NCBI GenBank assembly: GCA_963851265.1
Contig: CAWKNZ010000003.1
Span: 32,001 to 96,000 of the forward strand
Source: an uncultured Gemmatimonadales bacterium
Lineage (GTDB): Bacteria > Gemmatimonadota > Gemmatimonadetes > Gemmatimonadales > Gemmatimonadaceae
Direction of reading: 5' to 3'
DNA length: 64,000 nucleotides
Below the pieces are notes generated by a model, which was not told the DNA's origin, searched no databases, and saw only the letters and a program-made list of their open reading frames with translations. How positions within the stretch are numbered: position 1 is the first letter of the stretch; every line of letters begins with the position of its first letter. The position numbers and the translations under genes are program-made. Positions 28,791 through 38,888 of this stretch are shown piece by piece.

Positions 28791-30212
28791 TCAGCCGGCC
28801 AACCGCAGCGTCACGGTGAACGTCGACCCGCGCCCTTCTCGACTCCTCACCCGCAGGTCCCCGCCCATTCCCCGCGCCAGGTCGCGCGCGATCGCGAGCC
28901 CGAGCCCCGTGCCCTCATGCGCGCGGGTGTACCCCGCGCGTACCTGCACGAACGGCTGAAACACCGACTCCTGCCGCTCGCGCGGGATACCGATTCCCGA
29001 GTCCGTGACGCGCACGAACGCGACCCCGCCGCGCGTCGCGTCGCGTACCGCGGTGCGCGTGAGCACGGCCACCCGCACCCGCCCTCCCTCGGGCGTGAAC
29101 TTCACCGCGTTCGAGAGCAGGTTCACCATCACCTGAACCAGCTTCTCGCGGTCGGCCCACACCTCGTGCTCCCCTTCGGCCGGTGTTGGGCGCTCGAACA
29201 GGAGGCCCTTCGCCGCGAGCTGCGGCTCGACGAGCGGCGCCACCTGCTCGACGACCTCCGCCATCGCGACCGGCTTGACGTCGTACTCCACGCGCCCGCT
29301 CTCGAGCTTGGCGTAGTTGAGCACGTCGGTGATCAGGCCGAGGAGATGGCGTTGGGCGCGGTCGACGCGGGCGAGCGCGTCGCGCTGCGCGTCGGTCACC
29401 GGGCCGTGCAGTCCCATGTCGAGTAGCTGCACGTAGCCGGCGATCGCGTTGAGCGGCGTGCGCAGTTCGTGGCTCATGTTGGCCAGGAACTGGCTCTTGC
29501 TCTGGTTGGCGCTCTCGGCGCGCGCGCGCGCGGCTTCGGCCTCGGCGCGCGCGGCGCGCTCGGCCGCGTAGAGTTGTGCGCGTTCGACCGCCTGCGCGCA
29601 TTGCTGCGCGACCGCGAGAAGGAACGCCCGATCTTCCGGCGCGAAGGTGCGTGCCTCGTCGAAGTTGAAGCCGAGCGCGCCGACCGCCTGTGGGGTCGCG
29701 CCGTCGAGGCCCGGGGCGAGCAGCGGCACGGCGACCATCGCGCCGTCGCCGTTCTCTTGCGAGAGCGGCGCGAGGTGCGGATACCGGGCGCGGCGCGCCT
29801 CCGCCGACGTGAGGAGCAGCGGCTCGCCGCTGCGGACCACGTCGCTCAGCGGGAACTCGGACGCGAGCGGGATCCGCGCGTATCTCGCCATCGCCTCGGC
29901 GCTGTACCCGCACGAGGCGACGACGTTGAGCACCTGGCCCGGTCCGTCGGGATCGGCGGCGAGCAGTGCGACCGCGCCGCGGCGTGCGCCGAGCGCCCGC
30001 GCCGCGTGCTCGATGACGACCGCCGCGACCGCTTCGGGCGTGGCGGCGCGGACCAGCGCCCCCGTGACCGCGAGCAGCGCGTTCGCGCGCGCGACGGCCG
30101 CGTCGCGGACGTGGGTCGGAACGCCGTCGGTCCGACCTCCCGCCGCCGCAGGGCACGAAGGTTCGGGGCGATAGCTGTCGAACGACGAACGGGCATGGGT
30201 CGCGGCGGGCAT
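28791..30212 (-). CDS. Cytoplasmic GAF-domain sensor histidine kinase (orphan)
   Basis: GAF domain; [39 protein letters not shown]. Confidence 0.92.
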   Translation of the reverse strand: MPAATHARSSFDSYRPEPSCPAAAGGRTDGVPTHVRDAAVARANALLAVTGALVRAATPEAVAAVVIEHAARALGARRGAVALLAADPDGPGQVLNVVASCGYSAEAMARYARIPLASEFPLSDVVRSGEPLLLTSAEARRARYPHLAPLSQENGDGAMVAVPLLAPGLDGATPQAVGALGFNFDEARTFAPEDRAFLLAVAQQCAQAVERAQLYAAERAARAEAEAARARAESANQSKSQFLANMSHELRTPLNAIAGYVQLLDMGLHGPVTDAQRDALARVDRAQRHLLGLITDVLNYAKLESGRVEYDVKPVAMAEVVEQVAPLVEPQLAAKGLLFERPTPAEGEHEVWADREKLVQVMVNLLSNAVKFTPEGGRVRVAVLTRTAVRDATRGGVAFVRVTDSGIGIPRERQESVFQPFVQVRAGYTRAHEGTGLGLAIARDLARGMGGDLRVRSREGRGSTFTVTLRLAG

Positions 30213-30265
30213 GAGCAGGTGACGACTCACGCCGCGGGCGGGCACCCGACCGACGCGCGACGAAC

Positions 30266-33200
30266 TTACGGTCGCCCGCCGCCGGGCGGTCCGCCGAACG
30301 CCTGGCGGAACGGGTTCTTGACGTCGTCGCCCACCTTGGCCCACTGCGCGGGCGTGAGGATCGCCTGCGACTGCTGCACGGCCTCCTCGAGGAGCTGGCG
30401 GCCGCGGGCGAGGTCGGGACGGATGGTCGAGAAGATGACCGCCGGGTCGGGGTTGCTGCCGAGTTTCTGGACCTTCGCGCGCAGGTCGGTTCGGAACCGC
30501 TGGTAGCGCGCCGCGAGCGAGTCACGCACGGGCTCGAGCTTGCGCACCTGCGCGGAGTCGAGGCCGAGCGAGTCGCGCAGGTCGATGAGCTTCGCGGCCG
30601 GGTTCAGGCTGGCGGCGAGCGCGGTGCTGGGTGCGGCTCCGCCCTGTCCGCCGCCGAGCAGGCCGGCGAGCGGACCGCCCCCGCCACCCCCGCCGCCCGG
30701 ACCGCCACCGCCCGGACCGCCGCCCCCGAAGCCGAACGCGCCGAAGGGGTTCGCGCCGTAGACGTATCGCGCCTGGATGCCGAGCTGGAACGTCTGCCGG
30801 AACACGGAGGCCTGGCCGGTCGTGTTCCCGAAGCGCTGGTTCACCGTGTACGAGTACGTCTGCGTCGTCGGGTTGAAGCCGTTGATCGCGAGCAGCGTCT
30901 GGTCGGGGCGCACCTGCTGCCCCCAGCCGCGCAGGTTGCTGGACCCGTGGAAGAGCTGGTCCAGCCCGGCGAGCGTGTTGAGCAGCGTGGCGGAGATCGT
31001 GAGGCGGCGTTGCAGGCCGAGGCGGTCGGGCTTGTAGTTGAACTGCACGTCGAGCCCCGGCACCCACGGCCCGCGGCAGCTGTTGCGCCCGGCCACCTGA
31101 CCGAGCTGCGACTCGAGACACGCCCGCGCCGAGCTCGGCGCGCTCGCGAGCACCTGCTGCATCGCGGCGGCGAGGGCGGGGTCGAGCCCCGGCGCCTTCG
31201 GGTCGAAGACGAACGCCGCATCGTTGCGCGCGCCGTCCCCGTTGACGTCGCCGTTGACGGTCGGCGTGTAGGGCGCGCCGCTCGTCAGGCGGCCGATGCC
31301 GGTGACCTCGAACGACGGGTTGAGCGGGAACGTCGCGGTCCCGATCAGGTTGTGCCGGATGTCCTGGTCGGCGCTCGCGAACGGCAGCAGGTTGGGGTTG
31401 CCGCGCGTGGGCGTCTGCTGGTAGCCGAACGCCGGCGGGCCGAACGCGTACGAGCTCTGGTCGCGGTTGCGCGCGACCGTCCACGACAGGTTGAAGATCG
31501 CCCCGCGCGAGCTGATGCCGTTGAGCGACGCGGTGACCTGCGCGTTGCGCGAGCGCAGCCCCGAGCTCACGTCGAGCACCTGGCCGAACGCCGCGTCGCG
31601 ACGGCTGGCGGCGAGCGACGTCGCGCCGGTGAGCGGCGAGATCGCGGTCGGCGAGACGAACACCGGCCGGTTGCCCTCCTGCGCGAGCGTGAAGCCCGAC
31701 CCCGCGGCGGTGTTGAGGTTCGCGTCGGTCACGCCGTACTGCGCGACGCCCCACGCGTAGCTCGCGTCGAGGCCCGCGGTCCAGCGCTCCCAGAAGCGGC
31801 GCGTGACGCCTAACGACGCGCGCACCGAGCGGGGGGAGCGGAAGTCGGGCGCGAACGCGGTCACCGAGGGCACCGCGCTCGAGGCGACCGCGCCCGGGAA
31901 GAGGGTCCCGGGGCGCTGCGTGCAGGTGGTCGGGATGGCCGACACGCCGCTCGCGAGGATCGCCGAGTAGTCCGGGCCGACGGGGTCGAGGCAGGTGATC
32001 TGCGTCTGATCGCCGGGGAGGCCGGAGCCCTGCTGCGCGGCGGAGAAGAGTTGCGTCGGCGCGCGCCCGCGGAACTCGCCGACGCCGCCGCGCACGAACA
32101 GCGTCGGGCCGCCGCGGAAGAGCGACGGCGCCCCGGTCGCCGCCTGGCGCGCCTGCGCGGCCGCCTGCTTGGCGCTGTCGGGGAAGAACGTGTACGTGAA
32201 GCCCACGCGCGGGCTCGCCCGCAGCTCGCTCGGGAAGCGGTCGGTGCGCAGCCCGAACGCGGAGTCGACCGGGTGGTTGTAGGCCGGCGCGCCCGAGTAC
32301 GTCGTCCCTTCCACGCGCACGCCGTACGTGAGCTGGAAGTTGCGGCTCTGGCGCCAGGTGTCGCCGAGGTACGCGTTCAGGTTGAGCGCGCCGCCGCGCA
32401 CGTCGGGCGCCTGGAGCGTGCGCTGAAAGAGGGCCGGCGTGTTGCCGAGGAAGTCGGCGAGCGTGTTGTACGTGTACGTGCCGTACGGGCTCGTCGCCGT
32501 CTGCTGGGCGAAGCGGCTCGCGTTGAGCAGGCCGCCGAGCTTGATGCGGTGCTGGCCGTTGCCGGTGAGCAGCGACAGCTCGTCCGTGGCCTCGACGTAG
32601 TTGGTCTGCCCCTCGTTGGGCAGGCCGGCGTTGGAGCCGAAGCCGAACGACGAGATGCCGGTCGTGCCGTCGGCGAGCGTGCTGGTCACCCGCACGCGGC
32701 CGCCCGGGATCTCGACGTAGGGCTGGGCGTTGTTGCTCGCGCGGTTGACGTACACGCGCCCTTCGTTGAGCAGCGCGCCGCCGAGGACCTCGTTCGGGAA
32801 GCGCGACGAGAGGGAGGCGAAGAGGCCGCCGCCGCGGTTGGTGCTCTGCCCGCCGTTGGTCGGCACGGCGAACGGCGAGATGCGCGTCGCGTCCTGCGTC
32901 TGCGAGCGGAGGTCGCCGCGCAGCGTGAGCGTCTGCGACTCGGAGAGGTTGAAGTCGAACCGCGCGATGCCGGTGACCTGGTCGTTGACGCGCGTGCCGG
33001 GGATGCCCGCCTGGCTGACCGGGATGCCGCGCGTGTTCAGCGCGGAGAGGAACCGCGCCGCCGAGTCGCTGCTCGCGCCGAGCCCGGCGAGGGCGCGCGG
33101 GTCGGCGCCTAACAGCGAGGTGAGCGGGTCGGTGCGGCGGCTCCCCTGGAGCGCGAGGAAGTAGAACGCCTTGTTGGGCGCGAACGCGCCGCCCACGCCC

Positions 33201-34054
33201 GCCGAGAGCTGGTTGGACGTGTAGCCGGTGCCGTACGCGCCCGTGTAGTCGGGAGTGACCTGCAGCTGCGGCGCGCGCAGCGTGTAGGTGCCGCCCACGT
33301 ACAGGTTGTTGGTGCCCGAGCGCGTCGTGCTCGCCACCTGCCCGCCCGAGAACTGGCCGCGCGCGACGTCGAACGTGTTGGTGATGACGCGCGTCGCGCG
33401 CACCGCCTCCTGCGGGAAGCTCGCGCCGCCGAAGGTGATGCCGTCGAGGGTGACGTTGTTCTGCGACGCGCGCTGCCCGGCCACGTTGAAGCCGGCCTGC
33501 GTGGTGTCGTTCCCGCCCTGGGAGATCACGCCCGGGGTGATGGCGGCGAGCGCGTTGGGGTCGGTGGCGTCGACCGGCAGGCGGAGCGCCTGCTCGGTGG
33601 TGACGGTGCGCTCCGAGTTGCCCGGCTCCTGGCCGCGGCCGTTGTTGGTGGGCGCGCGGGCCGTGACGCGAACCGGGGCGAGCTGCGTGGTGCTCTGGGC
33701 GAGCGAGACGTTGGCGACGAGGCGGTCCTCGTCGCCCTCACGCTGCACGTTGAGCGTGCGCGGCTGCTGGCCGATCGCGCGCACCACGATCCGGTAACGG
33801 CCGCCGCCGTCGGGAAAGAGCACGGTGTACGTGCCCTTCTCGTTGGTCGACCGCGTGCGGCTCACGCCCGTCTCGAGTGACGTGACCGTGACCTGCGCGT
33901 TCGCCACCGGCTGACCCTGCGTGCCGACGACCTTGCCGGTGACGATGTCGGTCGTGCTGCCGACCTGCGCGGCGGCGACGGCGGGCAGGGCGGCGGCGGC
34001 CGCGACGGCGAGGGCCGCGACGATAGAGCCGCCGGGGCGAGGATGTCGGGACAT
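30266..34054 (-). CDS. Oar-type TonB-dependent-receptor-like protein 2 with C-terminal Spy/CpxP-like tail
   Basis: Paralog of 24881 (QVGSTTD, FPDGGGRY, NNVTLDG, FDVARGQFSGG, SPRVGFT); tail LRDSLGLDSAQ and ILTPAQW. Confidence 0.88.
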   Translation of the reverse strand: MSRHPRPGGSIVAALAVAAAAALPAVAAAQVGSTTDIVTGKVVGTQGQPVANAQVTVTSLETGVSRTRSTNEKGTYTVLFPDGGGRYRIVVRAIGQQPRTLNVQREGDEDRLVANVSLAQSTTQLAPVRVTARAPTNNGRGQEPGNSERTVTTEQALRLPVDATDPNALAAITPGVISQGGNDTTQAGFNVAGQRASQNNVTLDGITFGGASFPQEAVRATRVITNTFDVARGQFSGGQVASTTRSGTNNLYVGGTYTLRAPQLQVTPDYTGAYGTGYTSNQLSAGVGGAFAPNKAFYFLALQGSRRTDPLTSLLGADPRALAGLGASSDSAARFLSALNTRGIPVSQAGIPGTRVNDQVTGIARFDFNLSESQTLTLRGDLRSQTQDATRISPFAVPTNGGQSTNRGGGLFASLSSRFPNEVLGGALLNEGRVYVNRASNNAQPYVEIPGGRVRVTSTLADGTTGISSFGFGSNAGLPNEGQTNYVEATDELSLLTGNGQHRIKLGGLLNASRFAQQTATSPYGTYTYNTLADFLGNTPALFQRTLQAPDVRGGALNLNAYLGDTWRQSRNFQLTYGVRVEGTTYSGAPAYNHPVDSAFGLRTDRFPSELRASPRVGFTYTFFPDSAKQAAAQARQAATGAPSLFRGGPTLFVRGGVGEFRGRAPTQLFSAAQQGSGLPGDQTQITCLDPVGPDYSAILASGVSAIPTTCTQRPGTLFPGAVASSAVPSVTAFAPDFRSPRSVRASLGVTRRFWERWTAGLDASYAWGVAQYGVTDANLNTAAGSGFTLAQEGNRPVFVSPTAISPLTGATSLAASRRDAAFGQVLDVSSGLRSRNAQVTASLNGISSRGAIFNLSWTVARNRDQSSYAFGPPAFGYQQTPTRGNPNLLPFASADQDIRHNLIGTATFPLNPSFEVTGIGRLTSGAPYTPTVNGDVNGDGARNDAAFVFDPKAPGLDPALAAAMQQVLASAPSSARACLESQLGQVAGRNSCRGPWVPGLDVQFNYKPDRLGLQRRLTISATLLNTLAGLDQLFHGSSNLRGWGQQVRPDQTLLAINGFNPTTQTYSYTVNQRFGNTTGQASVFRQTFQLGIQARYVYGANPFGAFGFGGGGPGGGGPGGGGGGGGPLAGLLGGGQGGAAPSTALAASLNPAAKLIDLRDSLGLDSAQVRKLEPVRDSLAARYQRFRTDLRAKVQKLGSNPDPAVIFSTIRPDLARGRQLLEEAVQQSQAILTPAQWAKVGDDVKNPFRQAFGGPPGGGRP

Positions 34055-34265
34055 GGCGTGAAAGCGGTGCAGAGCGGGGCGACGCGGCAGGACGAACCGC
34101 CGGACGCACGAGGGCCGACGGGCCGGTCGGCCCGGCGGTCTCCCGTCTGAACGCGCAGCCGGCGCGATTCGCTGCTTCCGGCGACGCCGCCGCACGTCGC
34201 GCCAGAGTGCGCCACGCGCCAGCGCGCCGCGTCCAGCCGCGGACCGAGCCCGGGTAGATTCCGGG

Positions 34266-35072
34266 ATGGCCGAATCGTTTGCAGACGACGCGCCCGCGCC
34301 GTCGGTTGTTCCCGGCGCGGAGCTGATGGTCGCGCGCGCGGTGGCGCGCCGCTCCGGGCGCCCGGTGTTCGCGGTCCGCGACGCGACCACGGGCAATCGC
34401 CGCCTCGCGGGCGAGCCGCCCGACGACGTGCGCGACCTCGCCTACCTCGTCGACCGGCGGGGTGGCGTGCGCTACGGTCCCGCCGGGCGGCCCGACGCGC
34501 CGGCGGCCGGCTCGTCGCTCATCCGCGAGGCCGCGCGGATCCCGGCGGCCGAGCTGGCGGTGGCGCGAGACGTCGCCCTCGCGGCCGGCGCGACGGTGTT
34601 CGTGGCCGACCCGCCGGTCTCCGCCCTCGGGGCACTCGACGACGAGGACGACGAGGACGAGACCGTGCTGCTGGCCGACCAGGGCGGCCCGGCGTTCCGC
34701 TTCGAGCCGCCGGCCGACGGCACGCTCCGCTACGCCGTGCGCCCGTGGGGCGAACTCCTGCTCGGCGACGACGCCCGGCGCGAGACGCCGCGCGCGGTGG
34801 ACGACGCGGGGTGGACGCCGCGCGTGAGCGCGGTGCTCCGCACGCTCCGGCGCTTCCGCGAGCGCGGCGCCGCCCTCGCCCCACTCGGCGTGGTGGACGC
34901 GCGCGCGTGGGGACGGGTGGAGCGGCTCGTGCCCGACGCGGAGCGCAAGGCACTGCGCCCGGGCGTCGTCGTGGGACGGCCCGGGCGCGAAGTTGCGGCC
35001 GCCATCGAGGCGGCCGCGGACCGCGAGGTCGCGCGGCTCCGGGCCGAGGCGCGGCGCCGGGTGCGAGACTAA
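34266..35072 (+). CDS. Hypothetical protein
   Basis: Fills the gap with gene-like codon usage; acidic DDEDDEDE patch; no family recognised. Confidence 0.6.
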   Translation: MAESFADDAPAPSVVPGAELMVARAVARRSGRPVFAVRDATTGNRRLAGEPPDDVRDLAYLVDRRGGVRYGPAGRPDAPAAGSSLIREAARIPAAELAVARDVALAAGATVFVADPPVSALGALDDEDDEDETVLLADQGGPAFRFEPPADGTLRYAVRPWGELLLGDDARRETPRAVDDAGWTPRVSAVLRTLRRFRERGAALAPLGVVDARAWGRVERLVPDAERKALRPGVVVGRPGREVAAAIEAAADREVARLRAEARRRVRD

Positions 35073-35113
35073 CCCGACGCGCGGCCCGCCCGGCGCGCGG
35101 CCGCGGCGGTCAG

Positions 35114-35527
35114 TTAGGCCATCGGCCCGGGCGCGCCCTCGCGCACCGCGATCTGCACCCCGGCCTTGGCCTCGCCGTCGATCTCGAGCATGAACGTGTA
35201 GCGCCCGAACTCGGGCAGCCCGAACATGTCGAAGATCATCGGCAGGTCGATCGCGATCGAGTCGATGCCGGCCGGCACCTGCGGCACGTTGATCTCGCCG
35301 CCCGGACGGGCGAGTTCCTGACCCTTGGGGTCCTTGATGACGACTTCGGCCTTGTACGTGCGGCCCGTCTCGTCGCCGGTGAGGAGCAGGCGCGCGGCGA
35401 ACGAGAGGCGCGGCAGCGTGACCGGCACCTGCACCGCCTGGATGTCGCTGAAGACGCCGATGAGCGACGGCTTGCCGTCGGCCCCGACGAGGACGTGGTC
35501 GCACACGGCGACGTATTGGACGTGCAT
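35114..35527 (-). CDS. DUF6941-like protein
   Basis: VCD..ADGKPSLIGVF..DPKG..LPEFGRYTF.LEIDG. Confidence 0.75.
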   Translation of the reverse strand: MHVQYVAVCDHVLVGADGKPSLIGVFSDIQAVQVPVTLPRLSFAARLLLTGDETGRTYKAEVVIKDPKGQELARPGGEINVPQVPAGIDSIAIDLPMIFDMFGLPEFGRYTFMLEIDGEAKAGVQIAVREGAPGPMA

Positions 35528-35739
35528 CGAGTAGCGCGGATTGAGTGCGAGAAGAAGCCGGCGGTGCCGGACAACGGGCGGCAATCTAATACCGCACGCC
35601 CGGGTCGCCCGCCGCGGCGCCCGCGACTAACTTTCGGCGGATCTTCGGGTACACGCCTAGGTAGCACGACTGGTCGGAGCACCCGGGGCGGGTCCCCGCG
35701 GGGTCGGGGAGCGGGGATGGCCGACGACGGGAGGATGGC

Positions 35740-37143
35740 GTGGAGCTCGAAGCGAAGCTGGCGGTGCTGGCCGACGCCGCCAAGTACGACGCCTCGTGCG
35801 CGTCGAGCGGGTCGAAGGGGCGCCGCGCTGCCGCGGGCTCGGGCGGGGTGGGCACCACAGAGGGGATGGGCATCTGCCACAGCTACACGCCCGACGGGCG
35901 CTGCGTGTCGCTCCTCAAAATCCTGCTCACCAACTACTGCGTCTACGACTGCCTGTACTGCGTCAACCGCCGGTCGAGCGGCGTCGAGCGCGCGCGTTTC
36001 ACCCCCGCCGAGGTCGTCCGCCTCACGCTCGACTTCTACCGGCGCAACTACATCGAGGGGCTGTTCCTCTCGTCCGGGATCGCGCGGTCGCCCGACCACA
36101 CGATGGAGCAACTCGTCGAGGTCGCGCGCACGCTGCGCGTCGTGCACGACTTCCAGGGCTACATCCACCTCAAGACGATCCCGCACGCGAGCCCCGGGCT
36201 GATCGCCGAGGCCGGGCGCTGGGCCGACCGGCTGAGCATCAACGCCGAGCTGCCCACGCAGGGCGACCTCGCCGCCCTCGCCCCCGAGAAGGACCTCGGC
36301 GTGATCCGCGGCGCGATGACGGCCATCCGCGGGCGGATCGACGAGGCGCGGGCGGCGGGGCCGGGCGCGCGCGCACCGCGCGGCCCCGAGCTCGTCACGC
36401 TCCGGCGCGCGGCGGCGCAGCGGCCCAACGACGCGGCCTCCACGACGCGCGCGCCCGCGCTCTTCGCGCCCGCGGGGCAGAGCACCCAGCTCATCGTCGG
36501 CGCGACCGCATCGACCGACGCCACGATCCTCGCGACCGCGACGTCGCTCTACCAGACGCACCGCCTGCGGCGCGTCTACTACTCCGCGTTCAGCCCGATC
36601 CCCGACGCGCCCACCGCGCTGCCGAGCATGTCGCCGCCGCTCGTGCGCGAGCACCGGCTGTACCAGGCCGACTGGCTCGTCAGGTTCTACGGGTTCCGCG
36701 CCGCGGAGCTGACCACGGCCGCCGCACCCGATCTCGACCTCGCGCTCGATCCCAAGCTCGCGTGGGCGCTCCGCAACCGCGCCGACTTTCCGGTCGACGT
36801 CAACCGCGCGCCGAGGGCGGTCCTGCTGCGCGTTCCCGGCGTCGGCGCGCGGAGCGTGCAGCGCATCCTCGCCACGCGGCGGTGGCGGCGACTGCGCCTC
36901 GCCGACCTCGTGGCACTCAAGGTGGCGGTGAAGCGCGCGCTGCCGTTCGTCGTCACCGCCGACCACACCCCGCGGTTGCTCGACAGCGCCGACCTGCGCG
37001 AGCGGCTGCTCGCCGCACGTCCGCGCGCCGCGGCGGTGCAGACCGACCTGTTCGCCCAGCCGCCCGCCACGTTAGGCGCGGACGGCTGGGCGGCGGCCCG
37101 GGCCGGTGCGTCCGCGCGGTCGGTGCTCTTCGGCGAGCTGTGA
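35740..37143 (+). CDS. Putative DNA modification/repair radical SAM protein (TIGR03916 type)
   Basis: DAAKYDASC, GICHSYTPDGRCVSLLK, CVYDCLYC, GYIHLK, PAGQSTQ, REHRLYQADWL, HhH LLRVPGVG. Confidence 0.95.
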   Translation: MELEAKLAVLADAAKYDASCASSGSKGRRAAAGSGGVGTTEGMGICHSYTPDGRCVSLLKILLTNYCVYDCLYCVNRRSSGVERARFTPAEVVRLTLDFYRRNYIEGLFLSSGIARSPDHTMEQLVEVARTLRVVHDFQGYIHLKTIPHASPGLIAEAGRWADRLSINAELPTQGDLAALAPEKDLGVIRGAMTAIRGRIDEARAAGPGARAPRGPELVTLRRAAAQRPNDAASTTRAPALFAPAGQSTQLIVGATASTDATILATATSLYQTHRLRRVYYSAFSPIPDAPTALPSMSPPLVREHRLYQADWLVRFYGFRAAELTTAAAPDLDLALDPKLAWALRNRADFPVDVNRAPRAVLLRVPGVGARSVQRILATRRWRRLRLADLVALKVAVKRALPFVVTADHTPRLLDSADLRERLLAARPRAAAVQTDLFAQPPATLGADGWAAARAGASARSVLFGEL

Positions 37144-37153
37144 GCGCGCGCTG

Positions 37154-38818
37154 ATGCCGGAAGCCGCGTTCGACGGAACGCTCGACGGCTGGCGCGCGGC
37201 CGCGCGGGCGGCGCTCGCGGCCGGGCTCGCGCCCGCGCAGGTCGTTTGGGCGCCCGCCGACGATCCGCAGGAAGGGCTCGCGCTCGACCCGCCACCGGCC
37301 CCGCCCGGGACGCCGCCGGCCGCGCGGCCGGACGCGTCGCCCGCCGCGCCTCCGAGCGTCCCGCGCCGGTTCCTCGCGCTCGCTGCGCTGGTGGCCTGCC
37401 ACCGCGACCCGGAGCGCTGGGCCACGCTGTACCGCGTGCTGTGGCGCCTGACGCGCGGCGGCGAGCCGCACCTGCTCGCGGTGGCGGTCGACGCCGACGT
37501 CTTGCACCTCACGCGCATGGCGAAGGCGATCCGGCGCGAGGTGCACAAGATGCACGCGTTCGTACGCTTCCGGCTCGTGCACGCGGCTGACGGCGCGGAG
37601 GAGTACGTCGCGTGGTTCGAGCCGGAGCACGACGTGGTCGAAGCGGCGGCCGCGCTGTTCGTCCGCCGGTTCGCCAACATGCGGTGGGCGGTGCTCACGC
37701 CGCGCACCTCGGTGCGGTGGGACGGGCGCGCGCTCGCGGTCGGCCCAGGGGTCCCGCGCCGCGACGCGCCGTCGGCCGACGCGCTCGAACGGCTGTGGGG
37801 CACGTACTACGCGCACATCTTCAACCCCGCGCGCGTGAAGCTGCACGCGATGCGCGCGGAGATGCCGAAGCGGTACTGGCGCAACCTGCCGGAGGCGCCG
37901 CTCATCGCGCCGATGGTGCGCGACGCCCCGTCGCGCGTGCGGCGGATGGTCGAGGCGGCCGCGGCGCCGCGGCGGGCGATGTTAGGCACGGCCGACGTGC
38001 GCCGGCCCGCCGCCGCGGCGGCGCCTGACGTCGCGCACGCGGGCCCGCCCGCCCCGGACCCGCTCGGCCGGGAGCCGGTCGACGCGGACGCCCCGGCGGC
38101 GATCGCGCCCGCGCGCGTCGGCACGTCGCTCGTCTACGCGGGCACGAGTGATTGGGAGCAGGACGACGCGCTCGGCCCGGCAGATGCCGCGGAACGGCTG
38201 CGCCGCTACGCGGCCCGATACCCGATGGCGGTCGCCGAGTCGACGCGCCGCCGCGTGTTCGCCCCAGCCCTGGCCGCACTCTGGGCAGCCCGCTCGCCTC
38301 GCGGGTTGCTCTTCGACGTCTACGGCCACGACGCCATGCTCGGCGCGGGCGTTCGGCCGCACCGGCTCCCGCGTGCGATCCGCGACCGCCTTCCGGCTTC
38401 GCTCGCGGGCGCCGAGCGCGTGGACGGCGAACTGGTGCCCGACGCGGTCCGCGATGCGATCTGGGAACGGTTCGAGGCGGCCGTCGCGGTGCTCGCGTCG
38501 CACCGCAAGTTGGGCGTGGTCCTCCTCCGCGTCCCCAGCGGATTCGGGCCGACCCGCGAGCACGCCGAGGCACTCCGCGCCGGACTCCGGCGCATCGCGC
38601 GGTGGGACGTGGCGGTCGAGTTCGAAGCCCGCGAGTGGGTGAGCGGAAAGCTGAAGGCGAGGACGGACGACCTGATCGCGCGGGAAGGCGCGGTGCGCGT
38701 TCGGGAGGAAGGAGAGCCGGTGGAACCCGGGCGACTCGCCGTGGTCCGGGGCGGATTCGTCGGGGAGGGGGCGGAGCGGGTGCACGTGATCGGGAGCGCG
38801 GAGCGCCGTAGCCGTTAG
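37154..38818 (+). CDS. TIGR03915/DUF4130 protein fused to a degenerate DUF72 domain
   Basis: LYRVLWR, HKMHAFVRFR, WFEPEH, FNPARVK, EMPKRYWRNLPE; then YAGTSDW, ERLRRYA, KLGVVL, VAVEF. Confidence 0.85.
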   Translation: MPEAAFDGTLDGWRAAARAALAAGLAPAQVVWAPADDPQEGLALDPPPAPPGTPPAARPDASPAAPPSVPRRFLALAALVACHRDPERWATLYRVLWRLTRGGEPHLLAVAVDADVLHLTRMAKAIRREVHKMHAFVRFRLVHAADGAEEYVAWFEPEHDVVEAAAALFVRRFANMRWAVLTPRTSVRWDGRALAVGPGVPRRDAPSADALERLWGTYYAHIFNPARVKLHAMRAEMPKRYWRNLPEAPLIAPMVRDAPSRVRRMVEAAAAPRRAMLGTADVRRPAAAAAPDVAHAGPPAPDPLGREPVDADAPAAIAPARVGTSLVYAGTSDWEQDDALGPADAAERLRRYAARYPMAVAESTRRRVFAPALAALWAARSPRGLLFDVYGHDAMLGAGVRPHRLPRAIRDRLPASLAGAERVDGELVPDAVRDAIWERFEAAVAVLASHRKLGVVLLRVPSGFGPTREHAEALRAGLRRIARWDVAVEFEAREWVSGKLKARTDDLIAREGAVRVREEGEPVEPGRLAVVRGGFVGEGAERVHVIGSAERRSR

Positions 38819-38888
38819 GCGCCTGCCGCGCCGCGACGACCGGCCCCGCGGTACGCGTTCCGATCGACGGCCGCGACGGCGAAGCGCC

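Noticed and set aside
34255..34281. CAAACG-N16-ATC upstream of receptor 2; similar near-matches at 1164 (CAAACG-N16-CGC), 34148 (TGAACG-N16-CGC) and 42404
   Set aside because: Mismatches in both boxes; not counted as regulon members without TSS data.
35740..37143. Radical SAM as a RiPP maturase
   Set aside because: Motifs and HhH tail match the TIGR03916 DNA-associated family; no SPASM domain or precursor.
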